A DNA stretch of 64,000 bases from an uncultured Erysipelotrichaceae bacterium (GTDB lineage: Bacteria > Bacillota_I > Bacilli_A > RF39 > UBA660). The notes beneath the pieces are model-generated. The model searched no databases. It was given only the letters and a program-made list of their open reading frames with translations, and had not been told where the DNA came from. The stretch is from contig CACZFH010000002.1 in NCBI GenBank assembly GCA_902780395.1, positions 22,335 through 86,334 of the forward strand. The letters are read 5' to 3'. The position numbers and the translations under genes were made by a program. Shown piece after piece: positions 63,736-64,000 of this stretch (position 1 is its first letter; each line of letters starts with the position of its first letter).

Positions 63736-64000
63736 ATGACTGTAAAAGAAATATATGAAAATCATAAAAAACTATTAAAAAAAGAAGTAGTATTACAAGG
63801 ATGGATTAGAAATCATAGAAAACAAAAAGAATTTGGTTTTATTGATTTTTCAGATGGAACAGCATTTAAACATATTCAAATTGTCTATGAAAATAAATTA
63901 AAAAACTTTGATCAAATTCAAAAACTACATGTTGGTTGTTCTATCAAAGTTGTTGGAAAAGTAGTTCCTTCTGAAGGAAAACAAGATTTTGAAATCAAAG
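63736..64000 (+). CDS. asnS: asparagine--tRNA ligase (N-terminal fragment; continues beyond the window)
   Basis: Own translation: MTVKEIYENHKKLLKKEVVLQGWIRNHRKQKEFGFIDFSDGTAFKHIQIVY..., a typical AsnRS OB-fold N-terminus. Confidence 0.75.
   Translation, partial: MTVKEIYENHKKLLKKEVVLQGWIRNHRKQKEFGFIDFSDGTAFKHIQIVYENKLKNFDQIQKLHVGCSIKVVGKVVPSEGKQDFEIK

Overview
AT-rich, low-GC Gram-positive (Firmicutes-type) chromosome segment; the taxon cannot be fixed from the sequence alone.

Left host flank (1-9.7 kb): a truncated radical-SAM gene with a small WYL-like ORF; a class III ribonucleotide reductase locus (nrdD, a separately encoded glycyl-radical tail, nrdG); an alpha/beta hydrolase; a murF-like gene and ddl; and a tRNA cluster (Lys on the minus strand, Ile-Asn-Glu on the plus strand).

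Prophage (9680-47541, about 37.9 kb): inserted into the 3' end of tRNA-Glu and bounded by an exact 20-bp direct repeat. It carries:
- integrase, a small membrane ORF and a cI/LexA-type repressor, all leftward
- a cro-type switch with three 15-bp operator-like sites
- a DnaD-type replisome organizer with internal iterons, and a DnaB-like helicase
- a second tyrosine recombinase, and many small early ORFs
- a sigma-region-4-like late regulator
- terS, terL, portal, scaffold and capsid genes
- a 2192-aa virion protein with an HExxH motif
- tail-fibre genes and a lysis cassette

Main finding: a diversity-generating retroelement (DGR) at 40966-44571.
- The last 114 nt of the distal tail-fibre gene (VR, 42787-42900) are repeated 212 nt downstream (TR, 42999-43112).
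- 18 of the 23 mismatches fall at TR adenines.
- A YMDD reverse transcriptase follows.
- No recognisable Avd accessory gene is present.

Right host flank: an orphan WXG100-type pair, tRNA-Ser, a thioester-domain (TQxAIW) surface protein with Cys-bracketed repeats, a 2545-aa cyclic beta-1,2-glucan synthase-like protein, pgi, a PAP2 phosphatase, a degenerate HAD protein, a sortase B-like enzyme, an RluA-family pseudouridine synthase, a GH3 NagZ-like enzyme, and the start of asnS.

I recognised no rRNA genes, CRISPR arrays or IS elements.
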